From Nemertoderma westbladi (Eukaryota > Animalia > Xenacoelomorpha): a stretch of 64,000 nt of DNA. The DNA lies in assembly GCA_032718475.1 (NCBI GenBank), contig JAUCBJ010004353.1, positions 42,005-106,004 of the forward strand. Reading direction: 5' to 3'. The position numbers and the translations under genes are program-made. The notes under the pieces are model-generated. The model was given only the letters and a program-made list of their open reading frames with translations, was not told the DNA's origin and did no database searches. Below, one piece after another: positions 23,441-35,435 of this stretch; position 1 is the first letter of the stretch; every line of letters starts with the position of its first letter.

Positions 23441-26400
23441 ATGCTCATCACAAATCTGACCGGTTGAAGTTTCTTAGTTGGAATATTGATGGTATCAGGG
23501 ATAAACTGCACAACTCTGTTATATTGCAAAAACTTTCACAGTATGATATAGTAGCTCTGTTTGAAGTAAAAGCTATTTTTAATTTCCGGGTGTCAGGGTT
23601 TAATGTTTTACGGTTTCCTGATGTAAAAACAGCTCATCGCGGTGGAGTAGCTGTTTTGGTTAAAAACTATTTGACCAGTTCGATTATTTGTATGAATATG
23701 GAACATGATTTGATATCGTTCAAACTCGATTTTGCCCCAAATATTCACTTCTACGCTGTATATATTCCACCATCAAACTCACCTTATTTTTCATCCAATA
23801 TTTGGTCCAAACTTCAGGCAGCAATCTTCCTCGCTTCGACAAACTCTAAATTTGTTTTATTTGGCGATCTAAATGCTCGATGCGGGGTCCGTCTAGCAGA
23901 TCTGAATACTAATGAATACTGGTACCATACCCCACATGATAGAACTATAAACGCTCATGGTGCTCGGCTTATTCAATTGTGTAAAAACTGCTCATTAGTT
24001 AATTTGAGCTACCTCGAGACATTGAATGGGTCGTATTTCAGTGGAAATCTAACATTTAAACGCAGGTCTGGATATATCTCTGAATTGGACCGTGTACTTT
24101 GCTCTGGAGACCTGATATCCGGATTCACGGATTTTAACACTCTGTTGGACTTCGATTGGCCATCAAACCACGCCGGGGTAGAGTTTAGCCTGTATATTAC
24201 TAAATTTTGTTTCATCTCGTCTGCCTGTCTTCTTGAACGAGCTGACCTTTTAGGCTCTTACTGTCACCTGTTGAAAAATCCTTGTAAACCTATATGTGCT
24301 AAGAAACTATATTGTGATACCTCATGCGTTGATACTACAAAGTTTCAAGCCATCCTAAATAAATCGCTAGTTAATGTTGACGATTTAAACATCGGAATGA
24401 ATATTAATGATTTAGCAGCAACGTTCACAGACTCAATCTACAAGGCCGCATCAGAAGCCTCTGTTAAACACGTGCATAGTTACCCCCGAATTCCTACATC
24501 AGTGCCCCAATGGCAGGTCTGGCAACACATGTTAGACAACTGCAGTGCTAAGGACATGTGGGCAAGAATCGGTTGGCGGGGTGAATTAAATGCAAGTCCA
24601 TATAATCCGTCCAATTCGGAGATAGAGCCTTCAGAGGCAGAATTTGCCACCCATTTCTCCAGTTTATTAAATCCATCTGGTGTCAACAAGTCCCCTGATC
24701 CCCCATTGTTAGAGACAGATTCATGCAATAACGATCTTGATAGCCCTATATCTTTAAGCGAGCTGAAAGATGTTATTAACGTCATTAAACCTGGGAAAGC
24801 TCCTGGCCCCGATGGTATCTCACCGGGTTTCTTTAAACTTTTGCCGTTCACCTGGATATTGCAGCTGCTCTCTCTGTTGAATCTAGTATTCCTGACTGGT
24901 GCATACCCTGTGCTGTGGGGTTTCTCTAGATTAATCACTGTCTTCAAACGTGGCGTTAAGTCACAATGCTCAAACTACCGAGGAATTAGCGTGTTAAATA
25001 CCATTTACAAAATACTGGACACTATTTTTTTTCACCGCCTAATTTCGTGGAGACTTCCAAGCTGCGAGCAAGCGGGAGCCGTTAAAGGCCGTGGTTGTTT
25101 AGAACAAATCCTTACTCTTCGCCTCCTTATTGATTTTGCAGAGTCCAAAAAGCATCAGCTATTCATTGTATTCATAGATTTCCGAACAGCCTATGATAAA
25201 GTCCCTCGTGGAAAGTTGTTTGAACTACTCAAATCGATGGGATGCAGCTCAAGAATGCTGATCATGCTCCAGTTAATGTACTCTAAAACGGTCAGTATCC
25301 TAGGGAAATCTAAAATAAATTCCCGCGTGGGGGTTCTCCAAGGAGGTCCCAGCAGTGGATACCTATTTACTATGTTTCTAAACCCGCTTTCAGCCGCGCT
25401 ACGATGTTTCACCCCCGATAGTTTCCTAAATTGGCTACATATTCTCCTCCTCATGGATGATTCTGTTATTCTCGCTTCCTCCCGTTCTTTATGTCTAGCC
25501 AAGATGGAAAAGGTTCTAGAATATTGCGGCGAGTACGGTATGATATTAAACACCAAAAAGACAAAATTTATCGTAGTTGGTCCTGCATTGGAAGCAAACG
25601 ATAAAACAGACTTGGTTTTAACAGTCCCATCCTATAGTTGCGATATGGTTGCTATAAAGAATACGGACTCCTATTTGTATTTAGGCTCACCTATCACTCA
25701 AACCGGTGGTTCGAAAACCGCTATCGTGTTACACGCCGAAGAAAAGCTGAAACAAGTTTCAAAGTTCCGTGCTTTCATAGCCAAGAATTACTACAGCCCA
25801 GTTTGGTTAAAGCTGCAGGTATTTCGCGCGGCTGCTTCATCCGCCATTCTATACGGTTGCGAGACGTGGATAACCGGCGACTTAGCCCCAGTATCCAAAC
25901 AGTATACGGAAATGCTATGCTTATTAATGGGGGTCCGCCCCAATGTGTGTAGACAAATTCTCCATATCGAATCCAATGTTCCCGAACCTAAACCACTTAT
26001 ATTGAAGCGGCAATACGACTTTTTGTGTAACATGATCGAACATGAAGAGATTCACAAACCTCTGATGATGGTACTAGACCAATGTATGTTGCATCGAACG
26101 CCTATGGCGGGCCAGGTTGAATATATTCTTTCTTCAAAGAAAGACTTTGTGATGGATGCCATGGAAAAACTAAAATTAAATGTTCGCTCCGAGGTCGACT
26201 CAACAAAGAAAAAATTATACCAGTTATATAACCCCAATTTATCACCTCACATTTGTTACATTTCCCGCAAAACGTTTAACGAACCTGATCGCATCGCTTG
26301 GACCCGCTTAAGGCTCGGCTCCACCCGCCTAGCCGTTGAATTAGGTCGCTGGAAAAAGATCCCACCTGATCGCCGTATCTGCCCTTGTGGGTCGATACAA

Positions 26401-26553
26401 GATGAAGCTCATCTGATAACCACTTGTAGTCGTATCCCACGAGATCCCAACCTATCATGGTGTTCAATTTCCGATTTCATGAACAACAAGGATGAAGCCA
26501 AGGTAATGGAGGCTGTCCACTTGATCCTACTGTTGGCGGAAGAAAATAATTAA
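23437..26553 (+). CDS. LINE ORF2p: AP-like endonuclease, reverse transcriptase, C-terminal Cys/His motif
   Basis: SWNIDG, GDLNAR, LDRVL, SNH; KAPGPDG, NYRGIS, FIDFRTAYD, GVLQG, LMDD, YLG; GRW..RICPC..DEAHLITTC; 1038 open codons. Confidence 0.95.
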   Translation: MNAHHKSDRLKFLSWNIDGIRDKLHNSVILQKLSQYDIVALFEVKAIFNFRVSGFNVLRFPDVKTAHRGGVAVLVKNYLTSSIICMNMEHDLISFKLDFAPNIHFYAVYIPPSNSPYFSSNIWSKLQAAIFLASTNSKFVLFGDLNARCGVRLADLNTNEYWYHTPHDRTINAHGARLIQLCKNCSLVNLSYLETLNGSYFSGNLTFKRRSGYISELDRVLCSGDLISGFTDFNTLLDFDWPSNHAGVEFSLYITKFCFISSACLLERADLLGSYCHLLKNPCKPICAKKLYCDTSCVDTTKFQAILNKSLVNVDDLNIGMNINDLAATFTDSIYKAASEASVKHVHSYPRIPTSVPQWQVWQHMLDNCSAKDMWARIGWRGELNASPYNPSNSEIEPSEAEFATHFSSLLNPSGVNKSPDPPLLETDSCNNDLDSPISLSELKDVINVIKPGKAPGPDGISPGFFKLLPFTWILQLLSLLNLVFLTGAYPVLWGFSRLITVFKRGVKSQCSNYRGISVLNTIYKILDTIFFHRLISWRLPSCEQAGAVKGRGCLEQILTLRLLIDFAESKKHQLFIVFIDFRTAYDKVPRGKLFELLKSMGCSSRMLIMLQLMYSKTVSILGKSKINSRVGVLQGGPSSGYLFTMFLNPLSAALRCFTPDSFLNWLHILLLMDDSVILASSRSLCLAKMEKVLEYCGEYGMILNTKKTKFIVVGPALEANDKTDLVLTVPSYSCDMVAIKNTDSYLYLGSPITQTGGSKTAIVLHAEEKLKQVSKFRAFIAKNYYSPVWLKLQVFRAAASSAILYGCETWITGDLAPVSKQYTEMLCLLMGVRPNVCRQILHIESNVPEPKPLILKRQYDFLCNMIEHEEIHKPLMMVLDQCMLHRTPMAGQVEYILSSKKDFVMDAMEKLKLNVRSEVDSTKKKLYQLYNPNLSPHICYISRKTFNEPDRIAWTRLRLGSTRLAVELGRWKKIPPDRRICPCGSIQDEAHLITTCSRIPRDPNLSWCSISDFMNNKDEAKVMEAVHLILLLAEENN

Positions 26554-27054
26554 GCCCACCCAGATCTTTGGTATCGGTTCGTATTTCCTGTTTTATTTGG
26601 CCGATTAACTGGTACTACATTTCAGAATCTCTATGTCAAGTAGAATATTCATTTTTTTTTTTTTTTTTTTATCTGTGCAAATAAATAATTATATCTATAC
26701 CTTATATTGTTGTGTTTTTGGTTGCTAAACGTTTCCCTTTATGAATTTACCGTTTTTCTCAGTAAATAGTATTACAACGTATTGGTGAATAGTTTTTAGT
26801 TCCGTATTAAAGGTATTAAAGTTATCCTCTTATAAGTCGTTCCGTCCTTTGTCGATCTAGAATAATTGTATCATTTATGTAACGTATTAAAAGCTCTTCC
26901 TTCTATGTGTATACCGCATTTATAGAATATTTTGTGATTTCGTGATTATTTTCTAATTGCTTAAATATGGACAACCTCGGTTTATTTTGTGATGAGTACT
27001 TAATTATTGATACTGTTTATATAATCCAAGTCGTCAATAAATTATATATATATA

Positions 27055-27379
27055 TGCAAACAAACCGCAGTCTTAGATAGGACGTGACCCGATAATGAAT
27101 CAGTGAACATAATTAAATTTTCGTGATTCGGCTTGGATAATAATAAGTCACATTTCTTGATTGAATTACATAAGCGAAATGAGACGCGGCCCCGTATATT
27201 CTCCATGCTTTTCCCGAAAAGCGCGTTATTTGTTCCTTTGTGAAACTTATGATAAAAGTCATTGCTTGCTATTTTTCTTTGCTGGGTGTTATATTCAATA
27301 AAATCCTTAAAAATGTAACCTTTCTTAAATCTAATAAGTTTATGAACTTTAATCAAGTGCATACCATGGTGAATATAAA
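27055..27379 (-). pseudogene. Upstream piece of the same PolB relic
   Basis: FYIHHGMHLIKVHKLIRF..YNTQQR..KGTNNALFGKSMENIR (PolB KxxxNxxxG motif). Confidence 0.85.
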
Positions 27380-29489
27380 AGTGTAAAAGCTTTTGCGGAC
27401 ATAACAAGTCATTTTTCCCGCAATACGCAGTGTAGGTGCTTTTGCGGACATAACAAGTCATTTTTGCCGCAATGCGCATAATACTCTAAAAGATTGGAGC
27501 TCAGATGACGAAATCTGTCAGCTGATTTCCTGTAGACGTGGAACTTTTCTTTGTTCTGCCTAGTCAGCCAATCAGAGCGATTTTCCCCTTTATGTTGGAC
27601 AGGGGCCTATGGAAACCTAAATAAAAAATAAATAAAAATTGATTATAAGAACGTAAAACTATTAACCTGAAACATTGCTGATCATACTCAACACATTGAA
27701 CATTGCTGCACACGGAACACTGCATAAGTAACACATACTGACTGTTCACCGCATTATTTTGCTTCTGTTATTAATTGGTGTTATGTAAATGGATATTGCT
27801 GTTATATTTGGAGAATACCGATAAATAATCATAAACCCCCAATCTTCTTGATTACTGAAGGTGAGAGGAACAGGTTTACCGGTAGCAACTGCGACTTACA
27901 TTATAGTGGTTTTTGTGTGAATTAAATGCTATTTCATAATCCCTACATGTGTCAGTTGCGATCCTCCTATATGATCAAATTCAGTGACGGTCGGCAGATC
28001 AGTGCGAAGTAGTGTGAAGTAGTGTGAAGTAGTGTGAAGTAGTGTGAAGGTTAATAAAGCATATCCTAAAGAATGCGCTTTTTACGAAACTCAGTAGCCA
28101 TCTAGTTGTGATTAGTATAAGTCATAACTCTGTTTTTATACTTAAAGCGCCACATCCTAAAGGAACTGTTAATATTTCCCCGAAAGTAAATATATTGTCA
28201 GAGATTATATATTAACGATCAATCGAATAATACAGTAGGTCTACACTTGTTCGCGCTTTCAGACCTTTAGCAGTTTAACCTGCCAAATTTAGGTGTCTTC
28301 TAGATTATAAATCGACTTTAGCCTATGACGAGTATTTGATACACTACATTAGCCGAAGCCAGCCTATGCGCGACCATTCACCCATTCAGCCAGCACAGCA
28401 TTCTTAAAAATGCAGCTGCAATGCAGCATGCCGATCCTAGTAGACCATTCACCCGCTGGATATTCCCGGGAGACTGGATTCGGATGCTCTGACCTTATTG
28501 CGGTGTAGGCCTACTGTATTATTCGATTGATCGTTAATATATAATCTCTGACAAATATTATTCACTTTCGGGAAATATTAACAGTTCCTTTAGGACGTGG
28601 CACTCTAAGTATATAAACAGCGTTATGACTTACACTAAGCACAACAGGATGGCTATTGATTCACGTATAAAGCGCATTCTTTAGGAGATGCTTTGTATCT
28701 ATCACACTCATGCACACTACCGCACAAAACTGCACACCGATCTGCCGGCTTTCACTAATTTTAGTCACATATAAAGAGAACAGCAACCGACACATGTAGT
28801 GCCCATGAAATAGCATTAGATTCACTCCAAAACCAATATAATGTAAATCGCAATTGTTATATGTAACCGGTCTCTCTAACCTTCAGTATATCAAGAAGAT
28901 TGGGGTTTTCTGATTATTTATCGATATTCTCCAAATATAACAATATTCCATCAACTGATATAATTAATAACCGACAGTAAATAGCAATAAAATAATGCGG
29001 TGTTTGGATTAGATATGACAGGCTGATTTGCCAGTTTGTTGCGGTGGTTTGATAACAGTTATACGTTTCTAGGATCAAAGCCTACTAATGTTTGGCTAAA
29101 GCCTGAAACATAGAATAATTCCAAAGCCGGTGTTCTGGGCTTAGGAAAATATACACACACTGACTCAATTGCGTGAGTTTCTGTATACAAAATCCAACAC
29201 AGAGTGAAAACCGCTCTGATTGGTCGACCGAACAAAGAACAAAGAAAAAGTTACACGTGGACACAGCTGATAGATGTCGTCATCTGAGTTCCGATGTTTA
29301 GAGCATTTGGCTTATTGCGACACAAAATCGCTAGTTATGTCCGCTAAAGTACACATACAGAAGAAATGGCTTTTTATGTCCACTAAAACACCGGTACAGT
29401 AAGGAAACGGCTTTTTATGTCCGTTAAAACAACTACAGAGTACTTTGCGGGGAAAATAACCAGCTAATTCCGCAAAAGCCTTTACACTG
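27380..29489. mobile_element. Foldback / long-TIR non-coding element (~2.1 kb imperfect palindrome)
   Basis: 27380-27595 pairs with 29205-29489 and 27747-28246 pairs with 28503-29002 as inverted repeats; repeated subterminal TTATGTCCGC motifs. Confidence 0.85.
28384..28442 (+). mobile_element. ~60-bp RTE 3' tail insertion
   Basis: Reverse complement of the 3' UTR at ~503-557. 12-bp TSD GACCATTCACCC at 28372-28383 and 28443-28454. Confidence 0.88.
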
Positions 29490-29563
29490 CTCCCAGAAAA
29501 TGGGATTTAATTCTATAAAATATAAAAAATCACAGTTTCTAAAATATAAAATACTCTAAACAG

Positions 29564-32500
29564 TTAGTCTTTCTTACGCGGACGGCGTTTACGCAGTTTT
29601 TTGAGGCTAGCAAGAGTCCTTTTCTCTTTGGGGCGAGCCACTTTACTAGGAGGGCTATAACTCCTGGGTGAAGGGTGCAATACAATTGCATCAGAATGTT
29701 TAGGATTACGATCGGTGTATCCGCCAGTCGAGGTACCTGGTTGATCGATATCAACTTCAGTGGAGCGAGGTCTAACGGCCTTTAGGGCGCGTCTTAGGAC
29801 AGCAGCTCCTACTGGTCCCTGACGAGTAGTCTGGACAATAGCGGTAGGTGGACCGTGAGTGGTGAGAAACTTCTTCGGTTTAATGGTTCTTTCCAGCTCG
29901 CGTTCTCGGGCTCGATATTCGTAGGGCCGTCGAGATACTTCCTGTAACTCAGGGTGCGAGTTAATAAATAAATCGCCATACTCAGGGTCTTGACGGATGA
30001 AATTGATCAAATGGTATGAAATAATATCGTTAGGATTGACGTTCCTGAGATATTTTCGAACAAATTTGGTGGAAATACACTCACCAACACGCTTCATTAG
30101 TTCGTAACTTGGTGTGCGTGTTTTTTGTTCAACAGACGCGAATAGATAAGGATGGAACGTGTAAACTCCTTCGTAGGCGCGTCCAGGGTAATAGCGATGG
30201 CGTGACTCACAATGTAAATCCGCGTTCGCTTCCCAAGCTCGGATGTAGCGCAGGGTAATCATCTCATCTACGCTTTCCAGATCGCGGTTATAAGGGCAAT
30301 TAAAACTGGCATGTCCTTTAAGTTGACAGTGGTGGCATTGAGTCATAAATTGGGGGCAGACTGCAAAAATGTGCGAGTTATTGAGTCTGCAATACGCACA
30401 ATAGATCTCCATCATCGGTTGTTCATGGAAATAGGAGCAGGGTACGTCTGAGTCCATAGGGGTGAAATGATCTCTCGATGCGCATAATCGGCAACGCTTT
30501 TGAGAAACATAGTTGGCGTGCCGATAATCGTATGCGGTGAGACATTGTGGACCTTGATACCATTCCAAGACGTAGTCGTTATAGCTGCTCCGGGGCGCTG
30601 TAGGTTGAATCTCCTCAGATTCTAAGCATATTGGTTCGTCTTCCAATTGCATAGTTGAGATAGGTGCGGCTGTCTCTGCAAGCGAACCCACTGTCTGAAC
30701 TTCCACGACAGAATAACCCATGGGTATTCGAGGTCTTTGTATAACAGATGAATGTAAGTTCTGTATACAAACGTCCTTGAAAAGGGCGAATCCCGGGCCG
30801 TCTAACTTCTCCGCAGCTGAGTCTCTTAGGCTGAGTTTGGTCAGAGCGCGGTCCTTGAACTGACTATCAACGTTACGGAACGGAGTCAGAAAGCGCCTCA
30901 AACATTCGAAGGGGATGAATTTATTGTGTTCATCTAGCTTGGCGAGTTTGGTTCCAAGTATTAAGGGATGGGCGCGTATGGTACGACTGCACACATCGGC
31001 TAGCCAACCGGCAAGTGCGGCGTTTTCAAAGATCGTGTATATAGCTAAGGAGGGACGAAGTGGAACACTCATAAAGCTATACACGGCGCCAGGTGCGGTC
31101 AATGGTCCGGCAAAGTATAATCGAGAATAATGATCTCCATATACTTGTTGGTAGTTGATAGGATTTCCAACCTTGAAATTCCATCCGTATTCTTGAAAGG
31201 CAAGATGTCCGATGGAGGTTCGTTGTACTTTAGTAATGCCGCTGGGTGTATTTGCATACATAGTGCGGAAGAAACCTCTGCCTTCTGCCCAGGGAGCAAT
31301 CAGCTGAGTATCGACGAAAGGGTATGGAATATTCTCCATGTTCCGAAAGTCGTTTTGGAGATCTCCATAAACAGCTGAGCCGATTTTAAGGATTCTTTCG
31401 TTAAACAACATCTCGAGCACGGGCTGGGGTAACATCGATCCATCGATACCCATGGCCGGTTTGCGCTCGGTGTCGGTGACGTAATGCTGCGCGAGTTTGA
31501 ATTGTCCATGTCGGAGTTTCTTTTGTATCTCGGTAAGGGTCTCAAAAGAATAATCAATCACATCGGAACACGCTCGAGTAAATATGTGGGTAGAACCAGC
31601 TAGTCCTCGTATGTGTATCATTCACGTAGTTCCCAGTTCTCCAACCGGAACGCTACCTTCGTTATCGTAAGTGACAACTCCATACATCTCGATAACGTTA
31701 AGAGTCTCATTCCACTCTTTAGGGGCGTTTTCTAGAGTCATTCCCACTGGATGCCACAAGGTAGCGCATTCGCTAGCATTAGGTAGATCTCTATACTTTA
31801 AATATTGTGTAGTGTATGTCTCTACATCTCCATATCATTGTATTCTTTCCTCCTCGAAAAACACATCGAGTTTCCAGTGCACTAATCGAGTTTTGATGAA
31901 TCCATCAAGATTATACGGAGGTATTTTCTCTTTCTCTATTCTGGAAACATTATAGGGTTTTCGGAATGAGTTTACTTTAACTAACTGATCCAGATGTTTC
32001 TGCAGTTGTTCGAGTTCGACAAGATCGAGAGGATTTATTAGTGGTAGAAACCTCAGACTATGTGTAGGATCTTCCGGTTTTACCATGTAATATTGCGTTA
32101 GATTGACGTAATAAGGGTGATCTTTGATCCCATAAAACGAGTTTGGTAAAGGTCTAGCGCGTATGTTAACTTCGTGTACCATACGACGGACAAGATCCGC
32201 TCTATTGTCCGGAGGTTCAACGAGTATACCATCGACACGAGCGGCCTCGATTGGCGGACGTTGCAACATGGGAGCGTCAGCGATAAGATCTCGAGATCTT
32301 AGGTTGATATCAACCGGTTGAGGCTGTGCCATGGCGAAGAGTTTGTCTCCAAATGGGGAACCATCGAAGGATGGATGATGGTTTTAGAATAGAGATCCGT
32401 CATAAGAATTTGAGCTTCTGGCTGGGCTAAAGCTGCTTCTTCTCTCTCATCCATTTCTATGTGTTTCTCCTCGAGCTGATTTTCCTCCGCTTGTTGTTGT

Positions 32501-33814
32501 AAACGCTCGTCTAGGAACTCTTGTAAAGAGTAGGTTCGTCCACGTTCGATGTCTTCCTCGAGATTCTGGATTTCTCTATTGAACTGGGGTAAAGCTAATT
32601 CTTTCACCGCTTGGACTTGTTGCTGCAATTTGCGTTTCTCTAAACAATCGTAAGTTCCTTTTCCGATTTTCTGCCGAATAGCGTCTAACGCGTTTCGTAC
32701 AACGCTCTCTTCGACTTCAGTAACGGGTTGTATCAGGGTTAAGCCTGGACGGTTGTACGGGTTAAACGGCGATATTAGATGACCGCGTCCTAATCCGGCT
32801 AGGTAGGGTTGGCGAATATCTAGTGAGCCCACTACCGGAGTGCCACCGATTAATTGTTCGGGTAACACAAGATCTTTAAATAGTGAGTACAGTTCAGGGG
32901 GATCCGTTATACTATTAGGATCAAGCGTTTGAGGTCTCACTGAGGAATGAGGAGGTCTGACCGAGTATTCCGGAACTCTGATCATTGGTTTATTCAAGGA
33001 TCGTTTGAGTCGAGCGAGCGTAGGTGATACATCGAACAGGTTTCGCTCGAAACTCCCATAAGTATATCGTGTAAAACTGTGTTTAGCGCAACGTCTCCGC
33101 GGATGTTTATGTCTTTCCGTTTGCTGATTGGGCCTAGGGCATTCGTCACAGTAATACCAAAGACGCACGTCCTGCAGGGGAAACGCGGGGATCGTTCTCC
33201 AGTTTTACAATATTCCTCCATCTGTTCGAAGCTATCTGGGACGACAGGTAGCGGTCGATCGGCGGTAAGATACATCATAGTGAAATAGAGTCGTTTGAGT
33301 TCTATCATAGGGTCATGATGTATACCTTGAGGATATCGAGTTTCTAGATTTTGTTGACTGGCAATATTGAGATATGTTTCTCTCAGGAATTCCAAAAATC
33401 GTTGAAGTCGCTGCGTTTATCCGGCTCTTCAATGTCTTCCCTTTCGAGTCTGTTTCGAATAGAATTCTCGTGTTCTATTCTTGGTTTAGCGTTCCGACTC
33501 CGCTGGGTATGATATTTAAATAAAACCATTTCCCTTTCGGTGTCTACATCGTCCGTATCGTGTAAATGGATAGGATGGCCAGTAGTTAAGAAGTCCATAT
33601 ACGTACCATTACGATGCGTATAGCGAGCGGTGAATTTTCTATAGTCCAATTCACGCGTAAGTTGCTCCTGGGACATTGGTGGTTCGATATAACGACCATT
33701 GTCCTCCGTAGTAGTTGGACCAGCGTCGCCGCGTATCAAGCTATCAACAAACGCTTGTAAAGGTAGAGTATATCGCTCCCTGATACCAAGATCATCTTCT
33801 ATCAACTCAGTCAT
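29564..33814 (-). pseudogene. Bel/Pao family A accessory ORF (~1400 codons when reconstructed): Zn-finger, DEDDy-like exonuclease, CCHC knuckles, basic tail
   Basis: Consecutive ORF pieces 33383-33814, 32994-33395, 32299-33168, 31835-32332 and 29564-31621, joined by frameshifts and stops. Colinear similarity to 8511-11072. Confidence 0.8.
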
Positions 33815-35435
33815 ATCTGCTATATGAGTTTATTAATATTATAATGAGTTTATATTTAGGCTAGCGGGCGTCGCTGCCTACCCCTCTCTGCCCCCGGACA
33901 GTGCAAGATCCTCAGCGCCGATGTACCGTCGTCGCTGTGTTTTCGCCAACGTAGTAGCTACACAACTACAACGATAACCGGCACAAGTCACTCCACTGTC
34001 CGTCCCAAAGGCTTAGATTTACTTCAGGTTCTTGCTGCAGAGTTAGGGCTACTTTCACAATTGCGACTCGCTACTGTAAACACACTTTAGTAGTAACATT
34101 CACCTATAAATGCACAAATTCCACACAACTGTCACAAATTGTACACATTCGGGCCATTTGTCCATTAGTCAAGTGCCTTCCAGAATGCCACATTATTATT
34201 ATGTATCCTTGGATACTAGCAGTGTGCTATTTATTCCCTATGCTATTCAATGGGGTAAGCTTTCTGTTGTTCTTTTAACTCACTTCTAATTCTAGCGTGG
34301 TTGTTGCTATGGTGACATTATGGAAATGAGGGTAATTCTCATGCATACAGATCTGGGATGCTATTTAATAGTAATTCTTTAATTGTCAATATCCCCTTTA
34401 TACATGATTTTATAAATTTTATCGGCTATTGACTATATATTGGAGATTCTCGCACACTAATACACTTAATAGGGTGAATCTCCGCTCCCATGATCTATTA
34501 ATTAATGGAATTTTGGGAATGTTATAAATTGTATAAAAATGACAATTTATCAAATTCATTAAAATATGAATTTAAATTTATTCCCGTAAATTTTATTATT
34601 TAATATTAAATAGACACAATTTTATTCCAGAACATGTCTGGGGACTGGGATCCTTGATTCTAGGAAATTGGTCTTTTTAAGAGTATCGGTAAGTGCTACG
34701 ATATCTTAATAGACTAGAATTTTAAAGGATCTAAAATTTGACAGATTTTGTAAATATTAATAATTAATATTTAGGATGGGCACCAGTTTATTCCAGAACT
34801 TGTCTGGGGACGTTAACCACTGATTCTAGAATTTTGTCTTTCAAGTATATCGGTGGGTGCCGCGATATCTTAATCGACTAGAATTACAGATGGTCAAAGG
34901 GTTTAACATATTTATTTTGCGTTATACGCTACTGTTAAAGGGACATCACGCTACTATATGTATTATTTAATATACGGTATGAGAGCAATATCGCACGAAG
35001 CAATGTCAGTGAGAAGAGGCAAGTCGTTTCCAAGGTCTACCCAGAGCTTGGTTTAGCCGAGACACGAGGATCTGAATTTTGCATTCCTAATACTCTACTT
35101 TACCAATAATACTTGTATATAGTAGGAGCTTTATTGTACTTTAATAAGTACGGATATTTCATCTTACTGTAGTCACGTATTTATAAGGTAATACGAACAG
35201 TAAGGAAAGAGGAAAAAAATTATTTCTCGCCGTCGCACTAAATATATAATATATAAGTAATTAAGTAATAAACGCGAATATATATGGCACTAATCTACTA
35301 AATAATCGCTAAAATAACATTCTACTAAATAAAATTAAAGAAAACGATTATAATAAAATTACATAATAATACATACATAAATATAAAATAATGAAACAAA
35401 TATAAAATATAGTCACACACCCACTCCAGACGCTA

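Larger units (their letters stand above)
22328..27054 (+). mobile_element. Apparently full-length two-ORF LINE (APE-RT; RTEX/RTE-related, clade uncertain)
   Basis: ORF1 and ORF2, AATAAA at 27036 followed by a (TA)n tail. TGCA at 22324-22327 and 27055-27058. Removing the element rejoins the PolB relic. Confidence 0.85.

Noticed and set aside
28008-28049. (AGTAGTGTGA)n short tandem repeat as a functional array
   Set aside because: Local 10-bp slippage within one foldback arm.
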